Shown here: piece by piece, positions 9,756 to 23,286 of the stretch
How the letters are laid out: each line of letters opens with the position of its first letter
Numbering within the stretch: the first letter of the stretch is position 1
NCBI GenBank assembly: GCA_039621445.1
Contig: CP154954.1
Span: 22,394,954-22,458,953 of the forward strand
DNA length: 64,000 bases
Source of the DNA: Euglena gracilis
Taxonomy: Eukaryota
Direction: 5' to 3'
Notes under the pieces: model-generated
Told to the model about the DNA's origin: nothing
Database searches by the model: none
What the model saw: only the letters and a program-made list of their open reading frames with translations
Made by a program: the position numbers and the translations under genes

Positions 9756-11404
9756 TGAATTCCGTTGAACACGTGTTTGATTTTTGAATGTCTTTGTCTT
9801 CAGTATTGACCGCACTCGTAGTGTTGAAATTCTTTCTCCTTGGGGTGGAAGGGCAGAAATAGGAATCAGCCAACTCCGGCAACAAAAAGCAGTAAGAGGC
9901 ACCCCACGCGCACGCACAAACACAGAACAGAACAGCCGGCAAGGAAAGCAGGACCTCACCATCTCGCAGTGCGGAGCCCGAATGGTCGTGAACAGAAAAT
10001 AAGTTGTGTACGCAATGTACACATATAAGAGGGCAGGGAGGATTGCGCCAGCTCCAGAAGGATTGGGAGGGGATCCCAGAGTGCACCATATTTCTCCAAA
10101 TTTTGGTTCCAAATGCTTTTATAGGGTGCCAACATGGCATGGAACCTCAGGTCACCAAAGCCATGGTCAAAAGCATAGCACTGTATGCATTGCGTGCTTG
10201 GCCCTTTGAAAATTGAAACAGTTGAATTATGTGTCAACCACTTGGTAAGTTGTGGCTTCAGGGAGGGGGGCACCCCCTTTTGTCCAAAATCACCCATAAA
10301 AGTGTAAAGGCGCTTTGAATTGGGGTTTCTTCCAAGGAAATCGTTAATGGTTGTATTTTGTATTTGTTTGCCCCCAAGAACTTGACCGAGCAAATCATGC
10401 AAAGCAGGGGCCACCTTGGGGGTGACATCCCCCCCGAAATTGGTGAACATACCCATGTTAGAGGTGGTTTTCAGGCAGGGGGTCCATGGTACTTTCATTT
10501 TTATTAACTGGGACACCATGTGGCTTAATACCAGTAGGGGTGATCCAAAAACGTTGGCCCGTGGAAGCATTTTTAATCTGGGGAGAAATTTTTTGATTAC
10601 AGACCAGGGGGGTTTGCATAAAGATCCCCCATGTTGTCCAGTGGACATTGTAATGCATCTACAGCTGTTGCCCCCCAGTGGGGACACCTGGCCACAAATT
10701 GTGGCAGTTTTTTGTTGCCTGGTGAGGCAAAAAGGCCTGTTTTTAGGCTTATATATTTTTGAACTGCTGCCTCAGTTATTGAAAAGATGAGGGTCCATGG
10801 AAATAACCCCACCTGTCAATTTCCCACCTGCTTATGGGGTCTGCCAGGCATTCCCTTGAAGGGACCCACTTTACTTGCAGGTTTACGTTGTGCTCCATGC
10901 ACCATTTGAAAAAGGGTCTTAGAACGGAATTGAAGGGGTCTTTTCTGCCCCCCCCCCTTTGCTAAGTAAGAGTAAATCAATTGATTGTCCACTGACAGGG
11001 ACGCAGTTTCTCCTGGTTGGCTGAGACTTTGTACTGTGCTTATTGCTTCACTTAATTCTTTAACGTTCATCTGCAAAATGGAGTGTTCCCTCCAAAATAC
11101 CTGCACAATTTTGCCTGTTCGAATGTCCAGCCCCCCCCCCCCCAGGAATTGGTGCTGTCGTCTGAGTGCAAATCACTGGTTGCACTTTTGAGGAAGGGCC
11201 TGCCACCCCAGCTGTCCAGCAGCTTTTTTATTTCTCATAATTGGTCCTTTATCCATTGGGAAATGGGGAGTTTTGAGTCCCAGGGGGCTGTGGAACTTTC
11301 CAACAAAAAAATTACCAGGGATTTCTTAAAGGCCCTTAGAAAGGGCAGGCAAATTAGAATGCATCTTATTTGGCCCAAAATGGGAGCCAGTTGCCTTTTT
11401 GACG

Positions 11405-12335
11405 TGTAATAATTATATAAATATTTATATATTATATTATATTAATTTATTATATTATATTATATTATATTATATTATATTATATTTATTATTATTATTT
11501 ATATTATATTATATTATATTATATTATATTATTTGTATTATCTTATATATTATATTGTACTATGTTATTCTATCTCTTCTCTTCTCTTCTCTTCTCTTCT
11601 CTTCTATTCTCTTCTCTATTTATTTCTCTTATTTTCTTCTCTTCTCTTCTCTTTATTATCCCTTGTCTTCTGTTCTTTCTCTTCTCTTGTATTCTCTTCT
11701 CTTCTCTTCTCTTCTCTTCTCTTCTTCTCTTCTCTTCTCTTCTCTTCTCTTCTCTTCTATTCTCTTTTCTCTTTTGTCTTCTCTTCTCTTCTCTTCTGTT
11801 GTCTTCTCTTCTCTTCTCTTCTTTCTCTTCTATTCTCTTCCCTTCTCTTCTGTTTTCTTCTCTCTCTTCTTCTCTTCTCTTCTATTCCTTCTCTTCTCTT
11901 CTCTTCTCTTTCTCTCTTCTCTCTCTCTCTTCTCTTCTCTTCTCTTCTCTTCTCTTCTCTTCTCTTCTCTTCTCTCCTCTTCTCTTCTCTTGTCTTCTGT
12001 TTTCTTCTCTTCTCTTCTCTCTTCTCTTCTCTTCTCTTCTCTTCCTTCTCTTTCTTCTCTTCTCTTCTCTTCTCTTCTCTTCTCTTCTCTTCTCTTCCCT
12101 TCTCTTCTCTTCTCTTCTCTTATATTCTCTTCTCTTCTCTTCTCTTCCCTTCTCTTCTCTTGTCTTGTCTTCTCTTCTCTCTATTCTCTTCTCTTCTCTT
12201 CTCTTCTCTTCTCTCTCTTCTCTTCTCTTCTCTCTCTCTCTCTTCTCTTCTCTTCTCTTTTCTCTTTGTTCTCTTCTTTCTCTTCTCTTTCTTCCTTCCC
12301 TTCTCCTCTTCTCTTCTCTTCTTCTTTTTTCCCCC
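11405..12335. repeat. Compound pentanucleotide microsatellite, (ATATT)n then (CTCTT)n
   Basis: Directly visible. Splits the RT of element B. Confidence 0.97.
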
Positions 12336-14379
12336 TTTTCCCCGCTCCTTTTTTCCTGCTCTGGGGGGGACCTGTAATTTTCCCTCTTGGAAGTTTAGTT
12401 GAAATACAAGATGGTTTACGATTTGGGTGGGGCAGGGTGAACTTTTTTACATTTATTTTGAATCCTGATTTTGAGAAAATACCTGACCACTGTGTTCAGG
12501 TGATTTTGTAAGGTGTTTTGTGTTGGGGCCACCAGTAAAGTGTGGTCCAGGTCAATAAATACTTGGATGCCCCTTTTCCTCCACAGCTTTTCGAATTTCT
12601 TCATTACTGACAGAAAAATTTGGGGCATTCCGTTGAGGCCAAAACAGCCTGCCTGGAATTCCCAGGTCTGCCCACCCACCTGATTTCTTAGAAAAGGCCT
12701 TAGGGCCTGGCTCACTGGGATGTGGAAGTAAACATCCTTTAGGTCTCTTTTTGTCTCCCAGTCGCTTTTTTCAAATACTGGAAAAGTGGGGTGGGGGTGT
12801 TGGACATTGCACCCCTAGGTCCCCTGGCTCTTGGGCACTTGGAAAAATAAATTTTTCCTGGGGGGATGCGCATGCACTCTCTCCCTCTCTGCTCACCTCT
12901 CTTGAGGATCTTGTTGTTGGAAGACATACCACAGGGCTTAATGCCCCTGTTTTGGCTATCAAGTCTTCTTCATGTTGATGTGGTTGGTTGACATACCATA
13001 GGAGGGCCTCTGTGGGTCCCCCCGTGATTGAACAATTAGGACTTGAGAAATTGATGTTGGAGGGGTTGCTGCAACTCCATCCAAAAGGGCCTCTGTGGGT
13101 CCCTTTTCCTCCTGGGGCTGGGTGCTTGAAAGGGCCACTGTGGGTCCATTCCCCCCCCCCATTTTTGGCAGAGGGCCTCTGTGGGTCCCTCGGGGTATTT
13201 GTCTAGCAGCTTGGGAATGATGTCATTTAGCTTCTTGGTGTCCACTGTGGGTCCACCCTGCTGGCCTCCAAGACCTCAATGTATAAAGCCTTTTCCATCT
13301 GTTGGCCTTCCAGGCCTTGAGTTCTTCTTGGCCTGCAACACCACTGGAAAACTGGGGGGGGGTGGCTGCTGTGCCCCCCCCCCCCTTTTCCCCTGAGAGG
13401 GGCAGTTGTGTAAGATAAATTGGGGGTGTCTGACAGGCCTTTTCTGCCCCTTCCTGAGGGGATAGGCTTGTAAAACTGGCCTCCATTGCCCTTGTAGTGG
13501 TGACCTCCTTGGCCTTGATTCCATATCTCCAGCCTTTGGCCAATTTGTGCACAGGCTACTGGGCGCCTTTGGGAGAAATGCCCCTGATATGTGGGCTTTG
13601 GATATCCAGTACCGCAGCATTTTGGGCCTCCATGGCCAATTCTTTGCCAACCAAGGGCTGGGGCTGACTTCTGTTTTCTGGGGACAGTGGTCCACGGACC
13701 GTGGCCGTCTCTGGGGGGGTGGGTTTGGGCGGGAAAATTTCTGGGGTGGCGGTCTGGGTGGGAAGAACGGCCACAGTTTGCCACGTGTCGACCGAGGCTC
13801 CCAATTCTCCAGCTGCTGCTTCCAATGCTCCAGGACGTCCGCGGCCATGTAATTCCTTTTCCCTTTCCATTGCATTTCTCATTGAAGTCAAATTTGAAAT
13901 TTGATGCTTTAAATTTTAGTTGATATTCGTCTGGTTCTTGTCCTTCTGGATATTTAATTGATATTGGCTTCTTTTCTTGGTTCTTCTTCGTTCGTGAACT
14001 CTTTTCCTTTCTCCTGGGTTTTCGAAGGGCAATTTAAGAAGCAGCCAACTCCGGCGAAAAGGCACTAAGCGGGACCTTCTAACCCAGCACACCAAAAAAA
14101 TCACAGCAAACCGCCGGCGAGCAAGGCATGGCATCACAATGACAAAGTGCGAAGCCCGAGGTGCTTCAGGAGGAAGTGGACATGAAGGCAAGAGAGCAAA
14201 CACAGAGAGAACTGCGAGACATTTTTTTTTTCGTCCAAATGCTCGTCATGTGTTTTGTGTTCCCTTCCTTCTGTTGAAGACCTTTGGCTCCTTGGAGCTG
14301 CTGTTAATGTTCATGGACTGGGGTGGCGCAGCCCTTCGCTACTGACCAAAGACGGCACTAAGGGCTCTCCAAAGTAAGG

Positions 14380-16474
14380 CCGCACGTCGTTTGCCCTTTT
14401 TTCAGGGCGAATGTGTTCAGGAAATTTTTGATTAGGTCCTTCAGAGCTTGCCCAGGATGCTCTAATCTTTGCCCTTGTGAGACCGTGCCTTGGTCGCTGC
14501 CGGCGCTGTTTGGATTGCTTTGGCGCGCCAGGCTAAGACATCCGGCTTGGTGCCTTTTTCGCCGCAGTTAGCTGACTCTAATTTTACCATTTGATGACAA
14601 AAAAAAAGGAACAGTAATGCCAGCATGAGAAGCGCGTGCGGAACTTCAAGTCAGAAATTGGTAATTTTTTTGAAGTATCTCAATGAAAGAATAAATTTCC
14701 AAGACGAACAGCCCCGGAAATCTTCAAGAGGGAGCAGCAATAGCAGCTGCCTACCTGGCGGCGCGACTGCGGCGAACCTTGGCTCCCCATTCCCCCAAAA
14801 AATTGTCACCAAAACAAAAATCGACAACCCAAACCTCGCAATGGACCCCGGCGGACAATGGTCAGAAGACCCCGAAAGGGTCCGTGGTGACATCTCGGGC
14901 TCCGCACTTTGCCCGTGTCAGGCCCTGCCTTGTTCACCGGCGGTGTTGTGTGATTGTTGCTGTGCGAATGTCAATTGAAAAGCTTACAGTTTGAATTTCT
15001 CACAATCCCACAAGGACTTTGTTTATTGGCGTTCAATGTCCATTCCTACCCTGCCTGTTTTCCTCTAGAAAGTACGAAACAGCCAGCAGGCCACTGCGGC
15101 CTGTGGATTCAGAGCCACGGAGGGCAACGTTTCCTAACACAACATACATCCAAGCGGGGCAATGCCAGCCAAGTCTGCATAGGCAATGACGTAAAAAAAA
15201 TCCGCGACGGCACGCCACCTAGGGCTCCACACTTCCTTTATGTGAGGTCATGCCTCTTTGCCGGCTGTCTTTCTGTTTGATGTTGTTGGGCTTCTCCTCC
15301 TTAGTGCCTTTTTTTTGCCCGTGCTGGCGGTTCCTAATTGTCCTTCGACATGGAGAAGATCACTTTATTTTGACAAGCGGAGATGACACGGCAGTCCAAC
15401 TGATGTGGATCGTGCTATTCTTATCGCCAGAAGTCGCCGTGGATGTGGCGGTGAGTTTAATCAACAACGCGCACAACTGCGAGATACCACAACGTGCACA
15501 GTCAGCATTGAGCGCCTCACTGGCGCCGCCATGGTGGCAGCGTTTCTGCAGGATTATTTTAAGTGCACCATGTACTCCATCGCCCTTGATTGCAAGGCGG
15601 ACCCCGGCACGCACTTCGAGGTGACGGACTGCCAAGCGGAAGTGGAGTTTGAACTGTGCTGGGTGTGGAGAGCGGCAGCTGGACGAGCTCTACCGCCAGC
15701 AGCCGCTGCAGAAGTTGTAGCGGCGGCGGCGGACCGACGAATGCCGTCTGGCGCGGCAGCGACCGCAATTGACGAAGAGTTTTATTCCGCAGAAGACGAG
15801 GAATATGGCCCGCTGGCAGGGGTTCCAGCGGATGTGCCTCTGCCGGCCGACCTGGCGGCCGAATATCATCGTTTGTCCGAAGGTCTGTCGCAAGTTGATG
15901 CCAGAGCTCTCTTGGAGTGAAGGGCAAGGTGAAGCTAAATAACCATTGCCAAGACGGCACTAGCCAGGCAGACATGGTGTCACGTCAAGTGAAACGGAAG
16001 TTTCTGTGGTTGCAGCGGGTTTATGTGTACGAGGCGTATGCTCTCTGCCCTTCTGATTGCAATTTTGAAATTTCTCTGATATTGTTGGCCAACTTCTTTC
16101 AAATAATTCCAACAGTACTCCAGTTTGGTGAAGACATGTTTCAGGTTGTCCTCATCAAACTGAGGCACTTTGTTCGCCGCAGTCGCACAATCTGCAATGC
16201 ATTGTTGCACATGGTTGAACTGCCTCACAAGGTGGTGATCCCCTGGAAGCCGAGCAACGATATATTGCCCATCTTCTGCAGTGAAGGGCTTCCCAGTCCC
16301 CTTCCCTTGGCCATCCATGGTTTGGGATGTGAGTGCGGAAGCGGCCTCTGAAGCCAATGACGTGGAGGGCTCATCGCCGCCCGCTGTCAATGATGACAAG
16401 TGTTTCCATCTTGACAATTGAATCAATTCTGCTTCATCAGCATGGGAACTGAAAGCGCTTTTACCTAAAAGCAT
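14380..16474. mobile_element. DIRS debris: three + strand left-ITR copies (about 14470, 14890, 15215) and gag-like fragments
   Basis: Recurring ctcgggctccgcact...gaggccatgcc...gccgg motif. KVKLNNHCQDG at about 15925 matches KAEENNHRQDG in the gag at 41.5 kb. Confidence 0.65.
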
Positions 16475-16793
16475 CTACTCTCCAGTTTTTTGGTCAATGT
16501 CTTGCAAGGATACCTGTAATAACACATTGTTGAATTGAGAGTTGGGGCTGCGCTTCGCTTCTTTCTGACAGCAAAAGCAGCAAAACCACACAAAAATAGG
16601 CAGTTTTGCGGCACCAGAGGGGTTGTAACGCTGAATACCGTAAAGAACCATCAGGAGCCTGCTCGTCTGCTTGGAGGGCGGCTAGAAGCCGGGGCTGACG
16701 TTGCAACCGTGTAATAACAGTGCAGGGGGCCCTCTGCTCCCAGTCAACCACAGAGAATTCTGTCTGTAAAGTTTGTGTAGGATCGCGACCTAA

Positions 16794-16803
16794 TCTGCAA
16801 CCA
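16794..16803 (-). promoter_or_regulatory. Probable tRNA-iMet primer-binding site of a Gypsy fragment
   Basis: gacgtaCA-ct-TGGTTGCAGA, in the same context as the sites at 30337 and 32249. Confidence 0.5.
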
Positions 16804-16999
16804 AGTGTACGTCTGATCTTCCCTTTTCCCCAAAAAGCCTTCGCTTTCACCTTGTCGCACCTACTTGGGGTCTGAAAATCAGAGTTACGGGTTTTGAGAA
16901 TTCCCCACACGGTAAGAAGCAAAGCACAGGGAAGGAAAACAAAAGGAGAAACAGGGTTGGAAGTTTATAATGAAATGTAGGAAAGAATACCACCTGTGG

Positions 17000-18036
17000 A
17001 GAGAGAAAGGTGGAGCGAGAAGATCCTAATAGGATCTGGTCTCATGCCGGATACATCGCGGCCTCGCCGCATTCTCCCCCGTATAGGAGAGACTGGCAAC
17101 GAACGAAAATTCGATGAAACGGGAAAAGAGTCCAACATATCGTCGGCTGCGTCACATCGACGTGCAAATTCATCAGCCTCTTAGCTTCCATGAAAGGTGG
17201 CATCACCTTCATCCGGGTTACCGGGGTAATGCCAGAGTGCTCGACTGAGCGGGTCTGCTACTTTTTGTGTATGGCCAGTGGTATATACAACCACTAGGTT
17301 GAACTGGCTCAAAAATTCATGCCATCGGCATCTTCGGCCTACGGATGACATGGCTTTGTTCAGATCCTCGGTATACCAGTGTTGAAGACTCTCATGGTCC
17401 GTCAACACCAGTATTTGTACCAAGGAACTGGCGACCCAGCTACGGAATTTTTGCAAAATAAGTACGATTGCGTACGTTTCCTTCTCACGGATACTCCATT
17501 TGACTTGGCCTCTGCCATCTTCACCTTGTAGCTTTCTACTGAAGAATGCTACATGGCGTAACTCGTTAGCCGCGTTATGCTGGCTTAGAACTCCACCTAC
17601 AGCATAATCGCTGCTATCGACTTCTAGCACATAAGGCTTGTAGGGATCCGCGATTTCCAGTACGACATTTTCAAGCATTAGCTTTTTAATGCTCTAGAGA
17701 TTCACACATATCTGCGTCCCATTTGATTTTGGTATTTTCGGGTGCGCGATTTTTGAGTTGTCTCGTCAGAGGTACCGCGATTTTCGCGAAATCTTTCATG
17801 TAAATCGCATAATATTGGGCTAATCCCAAAAATCTTTTCAAATTGGTGATGGTATTAATGACCTCAGGTGTCCATTTCTTAATGGCCTCTAGTTTGCTAG
17901 GCGCCGCTCGGCGTTGGCCATTATTAAGAATGTTTCCGCAAAACTTTATCTTTTCACGAAATAAGCGCATTTTAGCACCTTTGACAAAAAGTCTGTGTTT
18001 GAGAAATGCGGCTAACACCGCGCGAACATCACGATA
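17000..18036 (-). pseudogene. Ty3/Gypsy RT thumb/connection and RNase H
   Basis: LKRFLGLAQYY, VDSSDYAVGGVLSQ, AFFSRKL, EKETYAI, TDHESL, VADPLSR. Contains stops. Confidence 0.9.
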
Positions 18037-19382
18037 TGATGCGGGATATAAATATTGTACACCCCGTGACTTGGTTGATGAAGTACTTTTGTGTTATCAC
18101 AACCAAGGTCAGCCTGGGGCCCCCAAACTTCTTTCTTTGGTGGGTCGCACGTACTGTACAACCCTGAAAGAAAAAGATTTACATTCGCGCTGCTTGCAAA
18201 TTTCGCAACGGTGCCAAATTTATTAAGCGGTGAAACCGCGCAGATGTACCTCCCCTGGTACGCTTGACTTTTTCCCCGTACCTCCTGACATTTTTACGTC
18301 CCTCTGCATGGATTTCTGGAATTAGAACCTTGCAAAGGATCAGACGGCAAAATTTACATTACGTTTTTGTTGTCGTCTGTAGGCTGAGTGGTTACATAGT
18401 AGCTATTCCATGCCAAAAGGCAGGGTTGATCGCACAAATTTTAGCAGAGATATTTATGGAGAAGTGTATCTGCCTAATGGGCTTACCAAATGAGATTGTC
18501 AGTGATCAAGATCATTTGATCTCCTCTCGATTCTTCACAACCCTATGTGGTTTACTGGGAATCGAACAGCATTTTTCCATTATATATCGCCCGAAGGGCA
18601 ATGGCCGCGCCGAGGCAGAAGTGAAAGCTGTTGTAAATGTGCTCCGTCTTTCACTGGCTGACTCGCACCAGGCCTGGGTCCAGGTTTTGCCATGGTCCCT
18701 CTTTTGTATAAACACCCTACCGGGTTTAGCTTTACCGCAATCCCCATCTAAAATTGTTTTTGGGCGAGACCCCCCAGCAATTGGTGATATACCATCAAAG
18801 AGACCAGCTCGAAGTAGCGTAACCTGTGAGACATGGTTCTCTGAGGTAGAGTCTCTCAGAACTACTGTTCAGAAACGTATTACTGATATCCATTCTCAAA
18901 AGAGAAATAAATTTTTACAAGAATTCAAATCACCTGGCTATAGTGCTGGAGATCGCGTATGGGTTCGAAATAGCCGAATCCGTATGCAGGCTGCCAAGCT
19001 AGACCCCCTCTTGCTCGGGCCATGTGAAATTCTCGAGCGCGTTTGTAACAGTGGCCGCTAAAGGGTGGCACTACCCAACGGGATCGAGGATGTTCACATG
19101 GATGATTTCAAGCCATATCTTTCCCCGCCTAATAGCAAAGCACTACCGTGCCTTTATTTCAAGCCCCGTTCCAAGTTACCCGAAACGGATGACTTTGTGG
19201 TGGACAAAAATCTCGATCACAAAATTGATCGAGGAGTTCATTACTGGAAGGTCAGGTGGAAAGGCTATGGGCTAGAGGAGGACACCTGGGAGCCAGCCTC
19301 CAGTTTTATTGGTTATGTCCAACAGGACTGGAAGCTGTGGAATAAAATAAATAACATAGACATTTCTGTGACTAACTTTTGA
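18037..19382 (+). pseudogene. Ty3/Gypsy integrase with C-terminal chromodomain, opposite orientation to the adjacent RT/RH
   Basis: Zn-finger remnant, IVSDQD, NGRAE, GPCEI, chromodomain FVVDK...YWKVRWKGYGLEEDTWEP. Contains frameshifts and stops. Confidence 0.9.
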
Positions 19383-19519
19383 AATCGGCCTATAGGCCTT
19401 TTCCTCCCCTCTCTGTGTTTTTCTCCCGAACCCAATTCATTTCTCTCTTCAGCTCATCAAAGCTATTTTTTTGTTGCTTTCGGTCCCCGGACCAATGCAA
19501 GACCCAGGGCGCGGTTCAG

Positions 19520-20110
19520 GACCGCCCCCTATACAGTATGCTATCCCTCCCTACCCCCCCCCACGCCTATGCGGCGGCACCCCCAGCCCAAGGGGCGCCC
19601 CCATATGCGGTATATCAACCCCCTCCAGCCGCTTATGCGGCTCAGGCACAAATGCCACCCCCCCCCCCTCAAATGGTTCAGGCACAAATGCCATACCCCT
19701 CTCAGTCACATATGTCCGCCTCCTCTCAGGCACAAATGCCGCCCCCCTCTCAGGCACAAATGCCGCCCCCCTCTCAGGCACAACTGCCGCCCCCATCTCA
19801 GGCGCAACCGCCACCTGTCGCTTATGCGGCCCCTGTGCAAATGGGAGCTGCATACGCGGCACAGCCTCAACAGGCATATCAAGTTCCAATGGAGCAGTCA
19901 CAACCCCAGCAGGTACACCAGGTTCCAATGGAACAACAACACCAGTATGCGAGGCAGGGACAGGCACCTCCAATGGAGCAGGCGCATTACGCCATGCCTG
20001 GCCCCTCACCTCCCATCCTGTATTCCCCACAGTACGTTACATCTCAGCAACCCCAAACCCAACCCCAATCTCAACCCGTACAGGGTACCCCGCATCAAGT
20101 ACTCCTGAGG
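19520..20110 (+). CDS. Pro/Gln/Ala-rich repeat ORF downstream of the integrase
   Basis: 24-bp tandem units encoding SQAQMPPP, open frame 19379-20176. Confidence 0.4.
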
Positions 20111-21199
20111 ATGTTTCTCGTCTGCACCAATCGGTGGACACACAGAGGTGGCAGCCGAAGGGGCCGGGTAGACTGATCGTCCCCCTGCCACTCACGAGGC
20201 GGAGACATAGCGTATTTCCGTTCCATTCAGAGGCGGCGGCACATCCTCCAAAATGGTGACGGGGGAGTGCTTTTCGCGTTCCTCTCGCTGCAGAATATCG
20301 GTGGTGGAAGCGACTGACGTCTCAAGTCTCCTCAGGGCATCCGGGGCGATGTAGGCGCACAAATCCTCGAGCGATCGAGGATTTTTGGGGTGCCATAGGC
20401 ATCCCTGAGGACCTGCCTGACTGTAAAAGGTGAGCGTATTGTTGCTGGTGCTGTTGGGAAAGGGTGGCAGCCATGATGGTCGCACCCATTCGGGGCGATG
20501 ATGGTTGCCCCCAGACAACTACAATCTGAATATGGCCGGGCATTACACAGTACAGCAGTTAATCATAAGACAAAGAGAGAATCAAATTTGAGATCAAAAG
20601 CTTAATAAACTAAGTGGTTCCTAATTCAAGGTTGCAGGGTTTCGTCCCTTTGCAATTCTGTTTTAGAATTCGTGGGCGATGTCCTATTTTAATAAAAGAT
20701 TTTTTTCCTTCTTTGACAAAGCTCGAAGGAGCAAAAAGTACTTTCATACAAGGGACTGCGGTCCCAACAATTCTCTGTGTCTTTGTGCTTTGCAATGAAA
20801 TGGGGAAAGGTAATCAAATTTTATTGTTAATCCCTCCTCTGGCCTTTTTCAGGTGGAAAGGATGAGTAGAAAAGCGAGGGCGGGACTTACACCATAAATA
20901 CAGTTGACGTAGGCCTTCAGCCTTCGAGCCAACACACGCTGGTCTCAGAATCCCAAGCATGCATGCACCAGGAGTCATGTTTTGAAAACGCCACTCCGTG
21001 ACATTTGCCGCATCTTCAGCAATTTACACCGCATAATTGTGTTGTGAAACCTGCTGTTGGTTGGACAAATTGTCCAAACTCACAGACAAATCATGCACAC
21101 TTTGTTCCAAATGCTCAGCTGGAGGTGGCCGCAAACACGGTCAACCTCCTGCTCCAAAGCGCGAATATGCTTGCGGTAACGGAAAAATAATCCCAATGC

Positions 21200-22070
21200 G
21201 TAATCCTTTCAGAAATTTTGGAGACATTTTGAACGAGTTTCCTGTGAGACTCATCTAACAATTGGACTTGTCCCGTCAACGCTCTCACGGCATTTGAGAG
21301 AATCTTCAAACCATACCTTGGTTGGTGTGGTGGTGGGTGCAACCGGTTCAGGGTTTTTCGACAACGATTTTGTAGTACCCACGGGTAAAATTCCCGGTTT
21401 TGGCTTATCCAACAACACGAAAATTCGAAATTCAAAATTCGGAATTCGCTGGAGTTCCCCAATAGCAGTTTGAATACCGCTAATGTCAGGAACTCGGTGT
21501 GAAAGTGCGGAATAGCTCTGTTGCAAACCCGCAATGGCTCTGTTAATACCGCCAATGTCGGATTGCAAATGCAACTGCAGGGAATCCTGCCATTGTGATA
21601 CCTCCGCCACATTCACGCTCAGATTGGATAATCCAACCCAATTTGCGTCACAATAGCAGGGTTTCAGGAATATGTTCCTCCAACTGCTGCACATGCGAGC
21701 GTGGAACGAAATACTCGTTGGAATGTGACTGAAACTGCCGAAAATTTTCCGTTTTATCGCACAACTGCACGATGCGGTGTTGCGACTCGTGGAAAGTTGC
21801 GGATAGGGTGGTGAAATGGGTCATAGGCACAAATCTACCAACAGTGGTTGTTGTCTCGTGCATGCAACTGTTGCTGCAAATGCAACAACATGGATTAACA
21901 TGACTCCATTTGTCCCGGTAACTGCTGTAGTGAGTCATGCAAGTGCGGAAACTTGGAGTTATTCCGTATTTCCACTTCATGCATGCATCCACTAATTTTC
22001 TTTTATTTTTTGCCGGAGTTGTTTGAAAATTTTGTCGCAGTTTTTATGAAATTTTGCAAGCTCAATACCA
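21200..22070 (-). pseudogene. Degenerate copy of the Gypsy-associated coiled-coil ORF
   Basis: FVPRSHVQQLEE...PDISGIQTAIGELQ, similar to 28356-29045. Confidence 0.6.
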
Positions 22071-22209
22071 CACCTGGTCCCCGTCGCATTACGCGATCTG
22101 AATCTCCTTCCCCCCTCTTCTTTCGCAAATGGGATTATTCCCATGACCCTGTATATAGCACGATAGTGCACAGACTGCGCAATGGCGAGGTTGTACATAA
22201 TTATTCACT

Positions 22210-23286
22210 TCCCCCTTTTAGCATGTTTTTACACTTCAAAAATGTTTGAAATTTTATCATTTTTTGTGCGAAATTTAATCATTTTTTGGTTTTTTTGGTA
22301 ACTTTTCAAGTAAAATTATCACCACCTTCGGTGCTTCGGGTCAGGGGGATCTTATTTTTTCGGGGTCTGGATTTTTGCTTGATCGGCCCAGGGGGGGGGG
22401 TCTTATTTTGGGGGGGGTTAATGTCCCATGGTGTAGCGCACACTGGCAATGGTCTAGCAACTGTATGGCCTGGGACGATGTGGCTGGCGTGGGGCAGCAG
22501 TCGGGGTTCGGCCCAGTTCTGCGGGACATGCACCGCAGCGGAGGTGGGTGGCCTCTGCTGGGGCACTGGGGGGGGGGGGTCCCGTGGCGGGTGTACTGCC
22601 ACCACCACACAAACTGGGCCAGAAGTGAAGTTGGCGCTGGCCATAAGCAGACAAGAATGCTTTGTAACTGGGGGGAGGGGCACTGCTTACCCGTCCCAAG
22701 TGTAACTCAGCCAGAGTCAGGAAGAAACCCTGTGCCCAGGGTCCAGAAAGCACAGCGCAATCGGTCATAGGAATACACGATGTCCACAAGTGACAGTTTT
22801 GACACTTCTCACAATTTCTAATGGTACGTTCTTTCAGGCTCGGCATACGATGGATGCATATGATCAAAGATGCTGCATAATTTAATTGAACAAAGAGGGG
22901 GAAAGAACAGCGCAACGTCAGATGGAGTGAAGTTTGGCCATTCCGTCCACACTCAAATCACCATATTTCAATACTTCAATAACCTCCCAAGGCGTGCCAA
23001 AAGAAAACCAGCAAAGGGGGCCCAAAAACTTAGACACTTAGAGACTCAATCAGAGAGGTAATTCCCAGGGTTTATGGCAGCAAAGCCCACAGCAGCAACC
23101 TTGGCGAAGGCGAACGGGAGGTCGCGGCACCTCTTGGTGCGGTGGAGCCCTGGCTGCGCAGGGAGGACAAAAGAGACGGCTTTCCGCTGCTCCTTTGGAG
23201 GAGGGGGACCCTGGGTCGCCGGGGAATGGATCCTCTCCTCCTCCTGGCCCACCAGGCGGAGGTTGATGGGGCAGGCAGCCGTGCAG
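22210..23286 (-). other. Host-like fragment (two GC3-rich exon-like blocks at about 22470-22560 and 23100-23280) embedded in the Gypsy RT
   Basis: Exon-like codon usage (CPINLRLVGQEEERIHSP...; PPTSAAVHVPQNWAEPRLLP), with intron-like poly-T/poly-G sequence around it. Confidence 0.4.

Larger units (their letters stand above)
5370..9988 (-). mobile_element. Near-intact DIRS1-type retrotransposon 'A'
   Basis: Left ITR 9868-9988 is inverted to the right ITR (about 5427-5525). ICR 5754-5855 is complementary to both the element start and the right extension 5371-5435. Contains gag, RT/RNase H/MT and YR. Confidence 0.93.
4440..14165 (-). mobile_element. Degenerate DIRS1-type YR retrotransposon 'B', interrupted by element A and a microsatellite
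   Basis: Left ITR about 14040-14165, gag about 12960-13900, RT 12416-12715 (FQAGCFGL, FIDLD) continuing at 10800-11400, MT (YANPP) about 10600, YR 9990-10440 plus 4900-5369 (YRSSDL, HSTRG, HY), ICR 4766-4870 complementary to right end 4453-4512. Confidence 0.85.

Noticed and set aside
11399-12511. Long hydrophobic L/F/S ORFs resembling membrane proteins
   Set aside because: Translation of the (CTCTT)n microsatellite, open in all three frames.
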